Positions 24,478 to 37,600 of a stretch of DNA of 64,000 nt are shown here, in pieces (within the stretch, counting starts at the first letter, position 1; the number at the start of each line of letters is the position of its first letter). Origin of the DNA: Iphione sp. A-MEVVRFRX5 (taxonomy: Eukaryota); contig OZ320314.1 in assembly GCA_976226885.1 (NCBI GenBank), positions 98,580,001 through 98,644,000 on the forward strand, given 5' to 3'. Made by a program: the position numbers and the translations under genes. The notes below the pieces were generated by a model. The model had not been told where the DNA came from. It saw nothing but the letters and a program-made list of their open reading frames with translations, and did no database searches.

Positions 24478-25434
24478 AGTCTCGGTCAGCGGAGAGCAGT
24501 GCAGGAGATATGTACACCACCGAGATGCCTGGCTCCCCGGTGGCCGGTGGCTCTTGTCCGATGTCGCCGGCCTCGGGAGGCGGTAGCACCGGCCAAAGGA
24601 GCCCGACCGAGCGCTGCGACCACTCGCCACCCACCGTCAACGGCCGTCGCAGCATCTCGCCCACAGCTATCAAACGCGAGTCACCTCCGTCGTCGATGGA
24701 CTCATCGAGTCCCAGTCCCCCGCCACCTCCCCCTCCTCAGCAGCAGACTCAGAGTAACAACAGCTCGAACGGCGTTGGGGGAGGCGGCGGCATCTTAAAC
24801 GGACATTCGACCGGCGCCCACTCCGCCGGCGGACATTCTAACGGAGGCGGACATCCGGTGACGAATGTGATTCACCCGCGCCCTCTAGGACTCGGCGCCC
24901 TGCCCGCGCACAGCCCCGTCGGCTTGATGCCCGGGGCGCCCGGTGGAGGGCCGCACCCTCACGCCCACCTCGGCGCCCACCATCCAGTCGCTCACCCTCT
25001 GGCTGCCGGCCACCACGCGCATCACCACCCGCACCAGCTGCATCACCTCGCCAATGGACACGGCGGCGGTGGCGGTGGTGGCGGCGGCGGGGTGCGGCCC
25101 GGCTCCGTCGGCTCGGGCAGCCCACCGCTGCCGGGCGCGCTCTCCTCCGGCCCCGCGGCCTCCACGACGCCCATCTCGCCGTCCGGCCAGCCGCCGCAGT
25201 CACAGTCGCGCAAACCGGAGGCGCTGTGCCTCGTCTGCGGCGACAAGGCGTCCGGCAAGCACTACGGCGTGCAGAGCTGCGATGGCTGCCGTGGTTTCTT
25301 CAAGCGCTCCATCCGCCGCAACCTCGAGTATGTGTGCAAGGAGAACGGGGGCTGCATCGTCGACGTGGCGAGACGAAACCAGTGCCAGGCGTGCCGCTTC
25401 AAAAAGTGCCTGGACGTGAAGATGAACAGAGATG
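24478..25434 (+). CDS. NR2E6: NR2E-family nuclear receptor exon: Pro/Gly/His-rich A/B region plus complete two-C4-zinc-finger DBD
   Basis: ORF 24456-25448 encodes [69 protein letters not shown]. The P-box CDGCRG is characteristic of NR2E6/PNR-like. Donor GATG|GTGAGC after 25434. The 5' boundary is uncertain (acceptors 24447/24477; ATGs at 24456 and 24510). Confidence 0.95.
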
Positions 25435-28400
25435 GTGAGCCCCATTAATGATCCTTCCATATTGATCGTCTCCATTTTTTCATGTCATGTAGTGTTGAGT
25501 GAATGAGATGCGTTTGCTGCACTTATGGTGTCTGGTTTCAGTTTCACATGTTTTAGTCGCCAATGCATGCCTATAATTTCTTTATATGTCCCGTCCATAA
25601 ATTCCACCTTAGGCGTTACAGTAACATTTAAGATCTAATGACATATCTATATCAAAGTATCCTCCTGTACATTGAATATGACCTTCACACCTTCAAGTAA
25701 AGGGAAATCATAAACCTGTATCTGAGAACTGGTCGTATTCTACTCGAACAACGTCCACTTTTTTCTACCCGTACCAAGTGTTAATTTGTCGAAAACGGCG
25801 CTTAGATACACACGTTTTGAAAAAAAGTGCGTACATATACATGTATTACAAGGCTGCGAAAAATGTTTACTAAGTGAAGTAATATCCAATAAATAAAAAA
25901 AATCCATCCCCTCTAAAATAAGTCTATACAAAGGACCCATTCAGAACTATTTTACCCTGCTACCTTTATTTAGATATGAACTTCTTATGTTACCTGTTAT
26001 CTTTTTGTCCTGGGGAAAAGGTCGATTAAGGAGAAGAAGCACTAAACATGAGCAGGTTGCAACTTTGGAAAGTCACATGTTGAGGAGGGAAACTGCAATA
26101 CGCAGCATGTAGGTTGTTTTCGATACGTCTTGTCGGTATCAGCACGTTCGCCTCGGTAAAACGCAAACTCGTAAATAGTAAAGGTATCACACTGACATCT
26201 CGCCTTTTTGTCAATTCCAACCAGAGCTGGTCCAGCAAATGTAAAAATGACACTGCTTGATCACTCATTCTCTAGACTATTTTGGATGTGTGGTTTATTT
26301 CATCGCACCATACATGCACATTGGGATAGTATAGTGTATATTTTGCAACAGACGTTTGTTCCGACAAAAATGTCTATATAGGACCTGCCCATTCAAATGG
26401 ACAGATGCAAATATAACATGATGCGGCCAATGAAAAATAGTCCATACTATGGGGAAATCCATCATATAGCTATAAGGAGTCATACCATGTCTTCCTGCTG
26501 AGCGAAAAACTGTAGTGTCAATTTCGGTTTAACGATGCAGAGAAAATTCACGTTGAGAACGCATCAGTTTTGATATAGGTATTCAATATCGGCCACGAAA
26601 TCGCATTATCCTCTTGTCGCTGGCGAATTACTACTATTAAGTTGCGAAGTAAGCTTTAAAACAACTCTACTTCACATGATTGTAATAAAGGTGTACTGTG
26701 GAAATGTCCACCATTGAAATGTAGTGCATGGAAATACTATTATCTGAGAATCCGGCAAAAAAACGTAAATTCACTCAATTGTGGTAAGTTTTAATCCAAA
26801 CGAAATTCATTAACTGATCTATATCACGTGAAACACAAATGATTCGGTTATCGTCACTTGACTTAATTTCTGGTAAATAGAGATTTAATGAGTTCACACA
26901 CGTGCGCACACGTACACGCACACATATGCCTGTGGGTGCTCGCTTTTGGTTTTTTGCTTTGACACCTCCAAGCTTTTTCCTAATGGTCGAGCTGCTTTCA
27001 AATTACCTTACATACACAAGCAGGCCCTGACACCCTCAACTATAATCAACCATAATTCGTTGTAATTCTCCTAATTGGTACGGATAAATGACTGACCATA
27101 GGTTGAGATGCACGTTGTTAGGGTCCTCTCTTGTAAGCAGCCATTTTCCATAGAAGAAAATAATTCTATCCGGTCGAAGTAACTGCAGTGAGAGGGATTC
27201 CGTAAGGATTGGTCTCGCACATCACGGTAACTGCGGTGCAAGTTGTTTTTATTTTCAGTGTAGGATGGGTGTCAGTTTTCCACACAAGAAGTATTTCTCT
27301 ACACAACAATCGTTACAAAAACTACAAGGTACCAGCATTAACTGTATCGAGTCTATATGTGTGTACATGTATACACTTGTATACATGTATATGGCTAATA
27401 TCGTTGTCATGAAGTACCATCAGGAAAGACGGTATTTCTGTATGATGTACAGATAGGAACTCTGAATAGCTTCTTTTATGGATCATACTGGACGAAAGCG
27501 TGCGATATGTACCAAATAATACAACAGATTGCCATTTAGGAGACTCTAGTCAAGGGATAAACATTGTAACAAACTGATAGAAAGTCGGTCATATTACTTT
27601 CGTTTAATACTTTCGAAATCCATCTAGGATTACCGCAGATTTTATGGCTTTAGGCATTTTGATACAAACTCATGCAAATTGAAACCACTGCAACAAAAGT
27701 CTGGCATGTCTTTGTTACCATCATCCAATAATATAAATGTATACATGTACATTATCTATCATGCATATCTTGAGCGATGAGATTTATTACTGAGAGAGTG
27801 GAAAACAATGCGTATTGACATTATGTGCACAAAACAAGTGGTAAAACCTTCCCTTTTTAATTCGATTTAAGAGAATGGTGTTTTGTGGACCATCAAAACG
27901 ACTAGTAATATGGGGGCATGGGTCCTTACCTCATATCACTACTCGAAAGTTATAAATAGCTCACGATATGGCCAGGCAATGAAACCTGGACAACTATAGT
28001 TGCGGTCTTATTTTATTGGATTGGCCTGTACAGTATATCTAAGGACGTCTGGTGAAGCAGGAATTAAAGTGAAGACTTTGCGTATGCTACAGAGATAGCT
28101 ACGTATGAGGAGAGAAAAAATACACATCCATTATGTTGAAAGGCCCAATACGACGTGACTTTTTACATTACTCTATATTGAGAACCCTATTAAAGTGTCC
28201 CTAAGTCGCGTCTTTCGCCGGTTGAACAATAGCCCGTAAAGTTCAAAGACCATGGTTCCCACAATACCGGCAGTCGAAGAATGCGTTTGTTGACAACATA
28301 ATGTTTATACCGTGGATTACCGCCAGGGCTAGAGATCTTAAGTCTGCACTCAATGAACCCATGTCGGTGGACGCGCTGGGCCCGGATCGTACCGGCTGAC

Positions 28401-28884
28401 CCCATGATTTGCCATAACTTGTTCTCCGATTGCAGGACGTTCTATTTGTTCACGTGGTCGTCTGTGCGTTCCATCTTTTTTTTTTACTAGTGTCGAGTCA
28501 GTATAATTGCTTTAAATCACTGTATATAACATCTACAACATTTTAAAGCGTCATTTTCACGAGAGATTCAAAATAGAGATAGTAAATCATGTTGCCTGTG
28601 TATGTCGACTAGTGGGATAGACGATATATTTACACATTTAAACAGTGCGAAGTGGCCGAGGAAAGCACAAATATATTAGGTTAGATAGAAAATGATTTTA
28701 TTCTTCCGGATCTCTAAAGATGCTGCCTCGCTAACCCAAGCAGGTCAAAACGCCGGACCCCCGCCTCCCCCCCAACACACACACGTACATACCTACATAC
28801 AACTACACGTGAGCAGACTGTAAGCAGGTCGTGACGCGATTGCCTGTGCGGACAGTGGATCAGTCTTGGGACCCATTGACGCCA

Positions 28885-28918
28885 CGCCCCCTGGCGGCGG
28901 CCGTGCGCCCCCTGGTGG
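28885..28918 (-). promoter_or_regulatory. Two tandem CTCF-like motifs
   Basis: CGCCCCCTGGCGG (28885) and CGCCCCCTGGTGG (28906), reverse complements of CC(G/A)CCAGGGGGCG, 21 bp apart. Motif match only. Confidence 0.5.
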
Positions 28919-31900
28919 TCGCAGCCCCAGGCTTGGCCGGTGAAGCCCACCTGTAGAGGTGCGTCTATATAGACCACTGTAGGAAAGGCCGAGCCCAGCA
29001 GGGACGTGGATGTGGAGTGACTGTGCGCAGGATGAGCTGGTGGTGTGCGGGCAGGTGTGGCGATCTGCCTCGACCCACAAACTTCCACCTCCTTTAACAC
29101 GCTCTGTCGGCGGCTGTACGTGAGTAACCTGCTGGAGGCGGCTCGTGAGATTAACGGCGACAATGTTGAAGGGATTTTCTCGGCGCTGACCCCAAGCCTA
29201 GCGGGGAGGGGGAGTTGAGACGCTTTAATAGCCTGCCAGAAAAATACTGCCTGAGCTGCCTTTACCGAGTTGCTGGGGCCAGAAACAGTGCTGGGATTTA
29301 TGGCATGATTTCGAAAATGGCACGTTGCATTCAAAAGAAAATCCTTGCTTTCATCTGGCTCGTTAATATAATAACGCCTCGGATATTGCCTAGTAATAAA
29401 CGACAAGAACAAAACATGAATCCTTCATAGCTTTCCCAAGGTTTTAATTACCGATACTACCTAGTGATATCGCACAAGCTGGAATAATTGACCTCTCCGT
29501 GCGCTAAATATCAGTCGATAATTACCCTTTGCTCAGGATGTACACTTACAAATGTTCAACTGCATGCCAGTCTACTTGATGTAAGCGAGTAACATATCAT
29601 TTAATAAATTCTGTTGCTCTTATATCATAATATATTATAAAAACAAAATGGTCACATTACAGCGGCTATCTTGATATAACCGACTTGTTGAAAACCATGT
29701 CGAAAGATGTGCAGTAAATGGGAGTCCTAGAGTCCGAGAGCGGTCCACGGCGGTAACATGCCCGCTATTCTCCTGTGTCAACCGTTTGTCCTTGAAGTTC
29801 TCTCCAGCCACGGCCACCTAGTGGCCCTCCGCAGGATCACTCGATGAAGACGCTGGGTTGGGCTTGTGAATGAATGATGAGGCGGGAATAGGGTGTCAAT
29901 TGCCGTCTGCCCAGTGAATTACCTCACCCGCCTGATTTAACGTGCGTTCGGACTGCTTTATTAATCAGCGCTCAATGTTTGCCGCCCACATCAAGTGGGC
30001 ATGCGCTGTGTTGTTACGATGACAACTTCCGGTGGCCGAGAGTTCGCCTGCCAATTATTGAATTATCCGCGAATCTGTGTGGTGCGCGTGGCCATGTTTA
30101 CTCGCGTCTTGACAGTGGCGGCGGTCGGCCAATACAAACCGGAGTGGGTCGTTGGGCATCGGGTGGGATGGGGACCACTTATGCATATTGCGCCGTAGTC
30201 TCCTGTTCAGCCGACAGCTTCTGTAAGTCACTACTGTTGGTCGCCACTGATTTATCCTCCCCAAACATGGCGGCTCATGCGACGCAGGCTACGCCACCGT
30301 CGCATGTGCCATCGTCGTCGCCGCCTTTCGCAGGAGTCTTGAAGTTTTATACGATGGCGTACTGGCAAGTCGCGTGATGAATTCCGGGCGGGATTTCCCT
30401 TGTGGTTGACTTCACGGCCGCTAGACGGCGGGACGCTATTTTTGTCCCTTATCCTCATTAAAACATAAAATTTCCCCCCAGCCACCTCTCGCAGGGGGGC
30501 TGTGGATCGATGACAAACGGATTCGCTTTCAAGCACGCGAGACAAAACGTCAGCGCGCCGGGCCGCGCCGAGGCTAGTTACCAGCTGACGCTTCCCAAGG
30601 CACTTAGCGGGTAATCTGCTGAGCGCCCGCGCCCGGTCACCCCCGCCGCTCCCGCTGTCCTGCTCGCCCCAATAATCTGCCGGCCCCTTCGGTGAGCCCC
30701 GACAGCCCGCGGCGGGGCCGCGCCGCCCGCCATTTGCCCGCCAGGCCCGCTTCCTCATACGACTGACTGCGGGTTTTAAAGTTGGTCTCGCGAAGAGCTC
30801 GGGCAGAGATGGCATCAAACAGACAAGAGTGAAAGGACACGTCAAGGAAGCCAACACTTTGGTCTCAACCTCCTATATTTGAATTCCAAGGGAAACTATA
30901 AAGATACGTTTGTAAACCGCCGCGATATGATTTCATTGAATTATTCATCAATAATGAATGAAAACAGGTCTTGAGACTTCTTTCGTTAATTTTACAATGA
31001 ATTCCTGTGCAGTTTTATTTTGATCAGCAATAAGCCCCGAGGCGCACAGACACGTCACGGCAAGAGCCCGAATGGTTTGTGTTCGAGTATTGTTTCAGTG
31101 GCGGCTGGCCTTAATTAATCTGGTGGATCTGTGCGCTGTCGGCCGCAGCAATATGCGCGGATTTAGAGGACGTGTTTGAGGAGCTATCGGAGCTGGCCCG
31201 CCGGCCTCTCGACAGGCGGCGCCACGAGCGGCGCCCAGGCGGCGCCAAGCGGCGGAGGTTGGCTACCCCCACTTCCCCTACCCTCTGAAAAGCACAACCA
31301 CACTCTCCTCCTTATATACGAGATGGAGAAATGCAAAAGGTTCACATATAGGTCGCCATGTATTCAACATTCCCTTTACTTGGTCTCTATTCATCCCAAT
31401 TTTCTGTAATTTTGACGACGTTATGTCATCCTACATTGAAATTGATATTCTTCTAATCTGGTGACTCTCAAGTAATACTGTGGCCTGTGCATTCATTTAA
31501 GGAGGACCTGTTCTATTCACTACTTGTACGAGCAGTTACCTTTCTTCTTGGCCAACCAAGCCAAGTAGGGCATTATTTGAATACACTCAGATATGTTATC
31601 TTGTAGTTTTTGTTCGCCGAAAAAGTGGTTGAACAAGGCAAAGGGGTCAGGTATATATAGGAAGAGCGGAAAGGAAGAGGTAGGTAGAATTTTACCCCTG
31701 TGTAAAAATGATTCGTTAGACAACGTATAGAAGGGAAAACGGAAACCCGCTATCCCACAGACCTGTAGAAACCTGCACCAGTTATCTTCTCTACTATAAT
31801 CAATAAACAACATAGAACACCAAGAGAATCTGTGCCTTTGATCATGCTTCTCCATACATGCATTAGTCACTTAACCAGCGCCCATGGCGTAGAAGATCCG

Positions 31901-34447
31901 CGTCTGACAACGCGCGACGATCTTAGCGCAGCCATCAAACTTTCACGAAAACCGCTTTCGATTGCTTGTCGCTCTGCACCGGAAGTGATCGATCTACTAA
32001 CTGTCAGGCCCTCTGGCAACGGTAAGATCGGGTAGCCGGTTAAGTCGCCATTAAAGATGCACCCGCTGCCCGCGGCCATTGCGCACTTTCCAATTCGCCC
32101 ACAACCGCGGGAAAAGCGCTTTGGGAGGGGAGGGGGTTCCACGAAATAAATGCCGTCTGCTCTGGAGGAATGTAAAGTTCTTACTTAACACTGGCTGGAA
32201 ATAAATGGCAGTACGTCAAGTTAACTTCTCAGGTGTGTTTTTGTCCTTATAGGTTCGATTCGAACGATGAGTAAACAGCGGTGGTAGTAGGAGGTGATGG
32301 AGGAATTGCGAGGCAGGGATTAATTTGACGCCAATATTTCCGGCGGGCGCGTGGCGTCCGTTTGTATTCAAGTCGGGCGCCACTTTGATACACGACACCA
32401 GGGGACGCTCGAGCAGGGCCGGCAGTGGTGTGTTTGCTGCGAACGTGAGCGCGTCTGGCCATCTATATTTGATGTTATGTACATGCGTGTCCCTCTCTTC
32501 TTCTCACCAGTTCGGCCTCCATACTCCACCATACTCCCACCCACCCCTACCCTTCAACCTGCTCAGTTCCCCTGCCCTCGCCGCCTCCTCCGACTCCGAC
32601 TGGCGATAGATCGCAAATCGTGACGTCAACAAAAGCGCACGCGCGCGATCGAAGATTCTGCCCGTCGATCCGGGCACGCACGGCGACGGCGATGGGTCTC
32701 GTCAGTGCGCTCTCGCCAAGATCTCGATGTCACGAGAGCGTGAGGTGGTCCGGCGCGCAGTCAGTACCCCCCCCCCTATTGGCAGAGTCCATAACGTCGC
32801 TCTTTTATGCGGTTGGTGAAGAGGTGCGCTCGACAACTTCATCATTGATCGAGCGTGTGCCGGTGTTTACCCGGAGAAAGATGAGAAAGTTAGCCGGCCG
32901 CCGGGTTAAGTTGGGAAGCCATGGTTGAGCCCCCGTGGCTGTGCTTGGCGAGTACTTATCGACCAACCTTTGTTTACCGGAAAGTTGTTTGCTGCTTTTC
33001 TTTTTTCTCTCATTAATATCCAAAGCTCATATCTATTGATGTCCCGTCGTCCATTGTGTTCGCCGGTATCTTGTTGGTTATTCCAATGAATAACAGTGTC
33101 CAATAGGAGAAGCCGCTTAGCTTTTTCATGTACTGCGGAGACCAGGTACAGAATGACACCGAATTTGAATGGTATTGGCGTCTGGGTGGGGATCGTTGTC
33201 TAGTCAATAGGTGTATGTTTTCTAATTCGGGGTTTATTTACAGAAGTACAGACTTAGCGCACTAGCCAATATATGCAAGTAGTATATAAAAAGTGTTGTT
33301 TTCGCCAGGCGTACGTCTACCAGGAAATTCGGTGTCCATAGTTTGCATAATAAGCCGTTTTTTGGCCAGTAGACGTCCGATGTATTCAAATACATGTACC
33401 CTGAATATGGACTCAACTTCGTATACCCAGACGTTTCCTTTATCAAAATCCGCCAGTGATCTGACGCTATACCCTGGCCAGTTCAGCAGTTCCATCTCCC
33501 TCCCCACTTTTTGTACCGTCCCCTTGCCCATGTAGACCCCTCCAGGCATCTAAAGGGTTGGACTTCTCGAAAGCGCGCGTGGGGTGGGGTAAGGGGCGGG
33601 TGGGGGTGGGTGGGGGATGGTGGAGAGTGGCTCGCCAGAAAGTGATGACAGACGGCGGTTGACAGGCGGCGCCTACCTCGGTAAGTTATCTGATTCTCCT
33701 TTAATGGGATTGGTTGGCCCAGCGGAGGGCAGAGGCCAGGCGGTGATCGATGGATGGCTGGTCAGTCCATCCGCGCCCTGATGAGGAGGAGCCCAGGGCC
33801 GTCGTGACGCTGACAGGGCCAGGGTGGAAGCGGGGAGGGGAGCCAGTCGACGCCACCTGACCGGTTCCCAGCCGCAGACGCCCGACGCCCATTTGCCTGC
33901 CACCCGAGGACCAGGCCACACTGCGCCCTCTGTGATATAGGGTTACGGAGGCCTACTACAGACCACAAATACCTCCCCTCTTTTCGTTTAACTGTCACAC
34001 TAACGGATGAATAGAACTCGTTGTGTTTCTAACCAAGTTGTTTTGAGCTTTCCTTTGGGGGCGGGGGGGGGGGGCGCTGGGAGGGCCTGGGCTTGGGGGC
34101 TGGGTTGGAGGAGTTGGTACGTAAGATACATATTTGGCAAGATCTGAGTGACCCCACCCGGGAATCCCTTCCTAATACATGCCACACGCACTCGCCCCCC
34201 CCACCTCCCTAGCCATGCGCGGCGGGGCTCCAGTCCACAATCATCCAGCGCCTGACCTCTGGCCTCTTACTTGCGACGCTGCGTCTTTGAAGAGGTCCCG
34301 AAGAGTGGTGCGCCGGTGACCGGGTGTCGGATGGAGGCCTACCCACCATGACAACCTCCTGGCCGCCCTCCCGCCCGGACTGCACCGGCGCCATGTCCAC
34401 CCATAATCGAGTTCGCCTGTGGTGCCCCATGAATGCCGCCCTATGGA

Positions 34448-34633
34448 NNNNNNNNNNNNNNNNNNNNNNNNNNNNNNNNNNNNNNNNNNNNNNNNNNNNN
34501 NNNNNNNNNNNNNNNNNNNNNNNNNNNNNNNNNNNNNNNNNNNNNNNNNNNNNNNNNNNNNNNNNNNNNNNNNNNNNNNNNNNNNNNNNNNNNNNNNNNN
34601 NNNNNNNNNNNNNNNNNNNNNNNNNNNNNNNNN
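34448..34633. other. Assembly gap (186 N) inside the 21.5-kb NR2E6 intron
   Basis: Run of N. ORFs spanning it are artefacts. Confidence 1.
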
Positions 34634-37600
34634 AAAAAAATACTAGCAAGAAAAATGACAGCACTTTTAGAGACGTTGCAGATATCACAATACACACCAA
34701 GTTGTATTATTTTAGACCATGAGTTGGATGCTTATGGACGTAAAACAAATAAACTTGTTCAAGACAGCCCATCTGCAGAGTTGATTACTCTTAACAGGTG
34801 AGGCCTAGTTTCCATGTAGCAATGTTTTCACATATGTGCCATCAAGTTTTCACCATTTTTTTCTGTAGATTAACAACTGGAGTGTTTTTCATGTGGCCAT
34901 ATTTTCAGATTGGGACATGTCCCGTAGTCGCTGGCATGTCACATATTTTTAGCACTGATTTTTGGTGACATAGGCTAACAGTCTGCGTGTGACAGAAAAT
35001 AGCCCAGAGCAGTGCCACAGCCACACACTTACATGGAATTCAAACCTAGAAACGCTCCTTCATTCCTGATAAATTTGTAGCCCATCTAGGTGCATTATAT
35101 TCGAAATGAGTGGAAAGGCCCGTTTCTTGCGTGCTGTGCTCTAATAACCATTCCTCTGTGCTTTTTGCTCGATCTTCTCTTTTATTCTAGTTGCCACTGC
35201 CGTAACATCCAAATGGCCGTTAATCAGGTAACAATTGCCGCGTTGCTTCGACGAGTCGAATGTATAATTAATATCCCAATTGGTCCCCACGGTGGGAGGA
35301 GGGCTGTGGGTTCCCGCAGGGAGAGAGAACCTGACACCAATACAATTTTTAAAAAAACATCTGCGCGGCCAGTGGAGCGTGAAGTTCAGGCAGACCGCCC
35401 ATGACAGTCGACGGTGTACTGAGCCATGCAGGACGTTTATAACATGATCCGGTGGTCGGATCCGGAAACACATAGCGCGGGCATCCAGCCCGCCGTATAC
35501 AATGAACTGTGGGCCGCAGTGCATCAGGCACGCATGGCTACCTCCGCAGCTCTCGCTGCTCCCACAGGCCACCATTGTGTGGTCGGGTCGCGGTCCACAG
35601 ATTCTGAGCATCGTCATCGTCGTCCTGCCCCGCTTACATCCAACCACACCACCTATCGTGAACGTTCAAAAGATTGTCGGCAAGGTTCGCCCGGGCGTCC
35701 GATTAAAGATTTAGGAAGGGTGGGCGCGGACGACTCGGAGGCCAGCCGGCCCAGCCAAATTCCCACCTCATAACCCCATCCTCAGTCTGTCCTTTCTTTT
35801 GACAGAACAGGCACGCGTCCAGGACTGCCAGAAATACGACACTTCAAGGGGCAGGGCGCCCAGACCAAGACCAAAGATATTAGTTACGAGTGGGCTCCGC
35901 GGTGTTGTGTTAGAAGTGGGCTACCTCAATCTCCCTGTGTGGTTCCGACTATTTGATGACTTGGTACTAGTGTCGTTGTGTTTCTGACCACAGACGTGTG
36001 TGCCACCGCGGTCACCGGCACCTTCCTTGAAAATTCATCAACTTAACATCAACGATAAAACGGCCACAGTGCGTGTGATATCGTATCTTCTTACCTATTC
36101 TGATATACACGTATTCACCTACACGTAAATAACGCTGACGTGTGAATTTCAAACACTTCCTTCTTGCACAGGATCCTGCACAATCAATTGTCCGACTATG
36201 GTATCTGCTTTTAGAGCGGCTTGATTCGGGAGATTCTTCATTTCTAGCTTAGTGGTTTCAAAAGAAATGGAGTCTTATGGACAAACCCAGAGCAATTTCG
36301 GAAAGGCATGGACCGGACCGGATGAGGAGATTCGTGCTGACGATAGTATAGAGGCAAGCCAGCAGGCATTCAATGAGAGCCGTGTCACTCGCGGACTGTG
36401 TGATTGGTTCATCGATTTCCGGGTCAGGGGTCAATGTCCGCGGACACTTGCTGGCGTCGGCAGTGACACGGTCGATCGCCATGATGGGATTGTATTACTC
36501 CGCCCGGATTTCCGGCGATCCATTGTCCACTTTCCGACCGCCAGAGGGCGTGCCAGGCAATCGACCCCGTGCGCATGCGCACACTTTGGGCCCAGTGACG
36601 AAGACTCGGTCCCGCATTGGATGGAGTGGTGTTCCGTGTTCAAAGGAAATTCCACTAGGCATTAATCTTCTTGCCTTTTACGTCCGTTTCCGTCGTGCTT
36701 TGAGAGATATGACAGCTTCGTTTGATGTTAAATTACATCATGCTCCGCGAATGAAAAATTGTGAAGCGGTCTTGGACTTTATATATACGTGGTTTCTCTT
36801 AGTTCCTCGGTCCCCTTTCATAGGTATTGGGCAAGCCAAAGAACGCAGACTGAACCAATTGTCGGCTCTCTTTGCCAGCAAAAACCTGACGCTTCCTTGG
36901 AATCTCTTCTGTTTCCATTCGTTATTTTCATATGACCTTCCATTTTTAGCGATCGACTCGGGTGTAGGCAGCCATCCTACCCGTTATGACAGGCCGTGTA
37001 TTCATGCGCACGGAAGTCGCCCTCGCACATGAGAACTGCGTCTGCCCAGCCGCTTACAGTCACGTCAGCGCTTCCAAGCGGCCATTGCTCGAAGCATCCG
37101 GCTGCCCCTTTCCTGGCCGCCATGTCTGTTTAAAGTTCCCGACCCCACTGACTTCGGCCTCCGTCAAAGTGAGGGCTGTGATGCGGTTATCGATCGTACG
37201 CCTCCGCCAAGTAATAGAGTTCCTGACACGCAGTGAGTGCCGACCACTTGAGAGCGACGCGGCCGACTAGGGGCGGCGGGGAGGGTGGGAGGGGGCGACC
37301 GCCAGAGTAGGACAGATAAGAGTGGGACAGATAAGATGGACGCTGGGAGGCGACATTCGACGGCTGCCAACACACCGCCACCATTGATGCCGGCTTCTCT
37401 GACTCACCCGTTCGTCTTTTCTGAGCTTGGGCCGCTCTGTCACCCAGGTCATCCTGCACCGGCATAGAAAAAAAGTCTATAGAAAGGGCCTCGTGGAAAC
37501 GTTCCTCTGCTGGGGCATCTTCAGACCTTTTGAATTCCACGTACTCTGGTTTACATGCCAACTGATCAAAATGACAACCGATGTCACAAGAAGGAGAAAA

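Noticed and set aside
34209-34801. ORFs spanning the N run
   Set aside because: Artefacts of X translation across the assembly gap.
36373-37032. 219-aa ORF, and other long ORFs in GC-rich islands (e.g. 28714-29412, 30252-30857, 40211-40744, 318-788)
   Set aside because: No recognisable domains, low-complexity composition, mostly non-ATG starts and no consistent splice phases. Stop depletion is explained by GC content.
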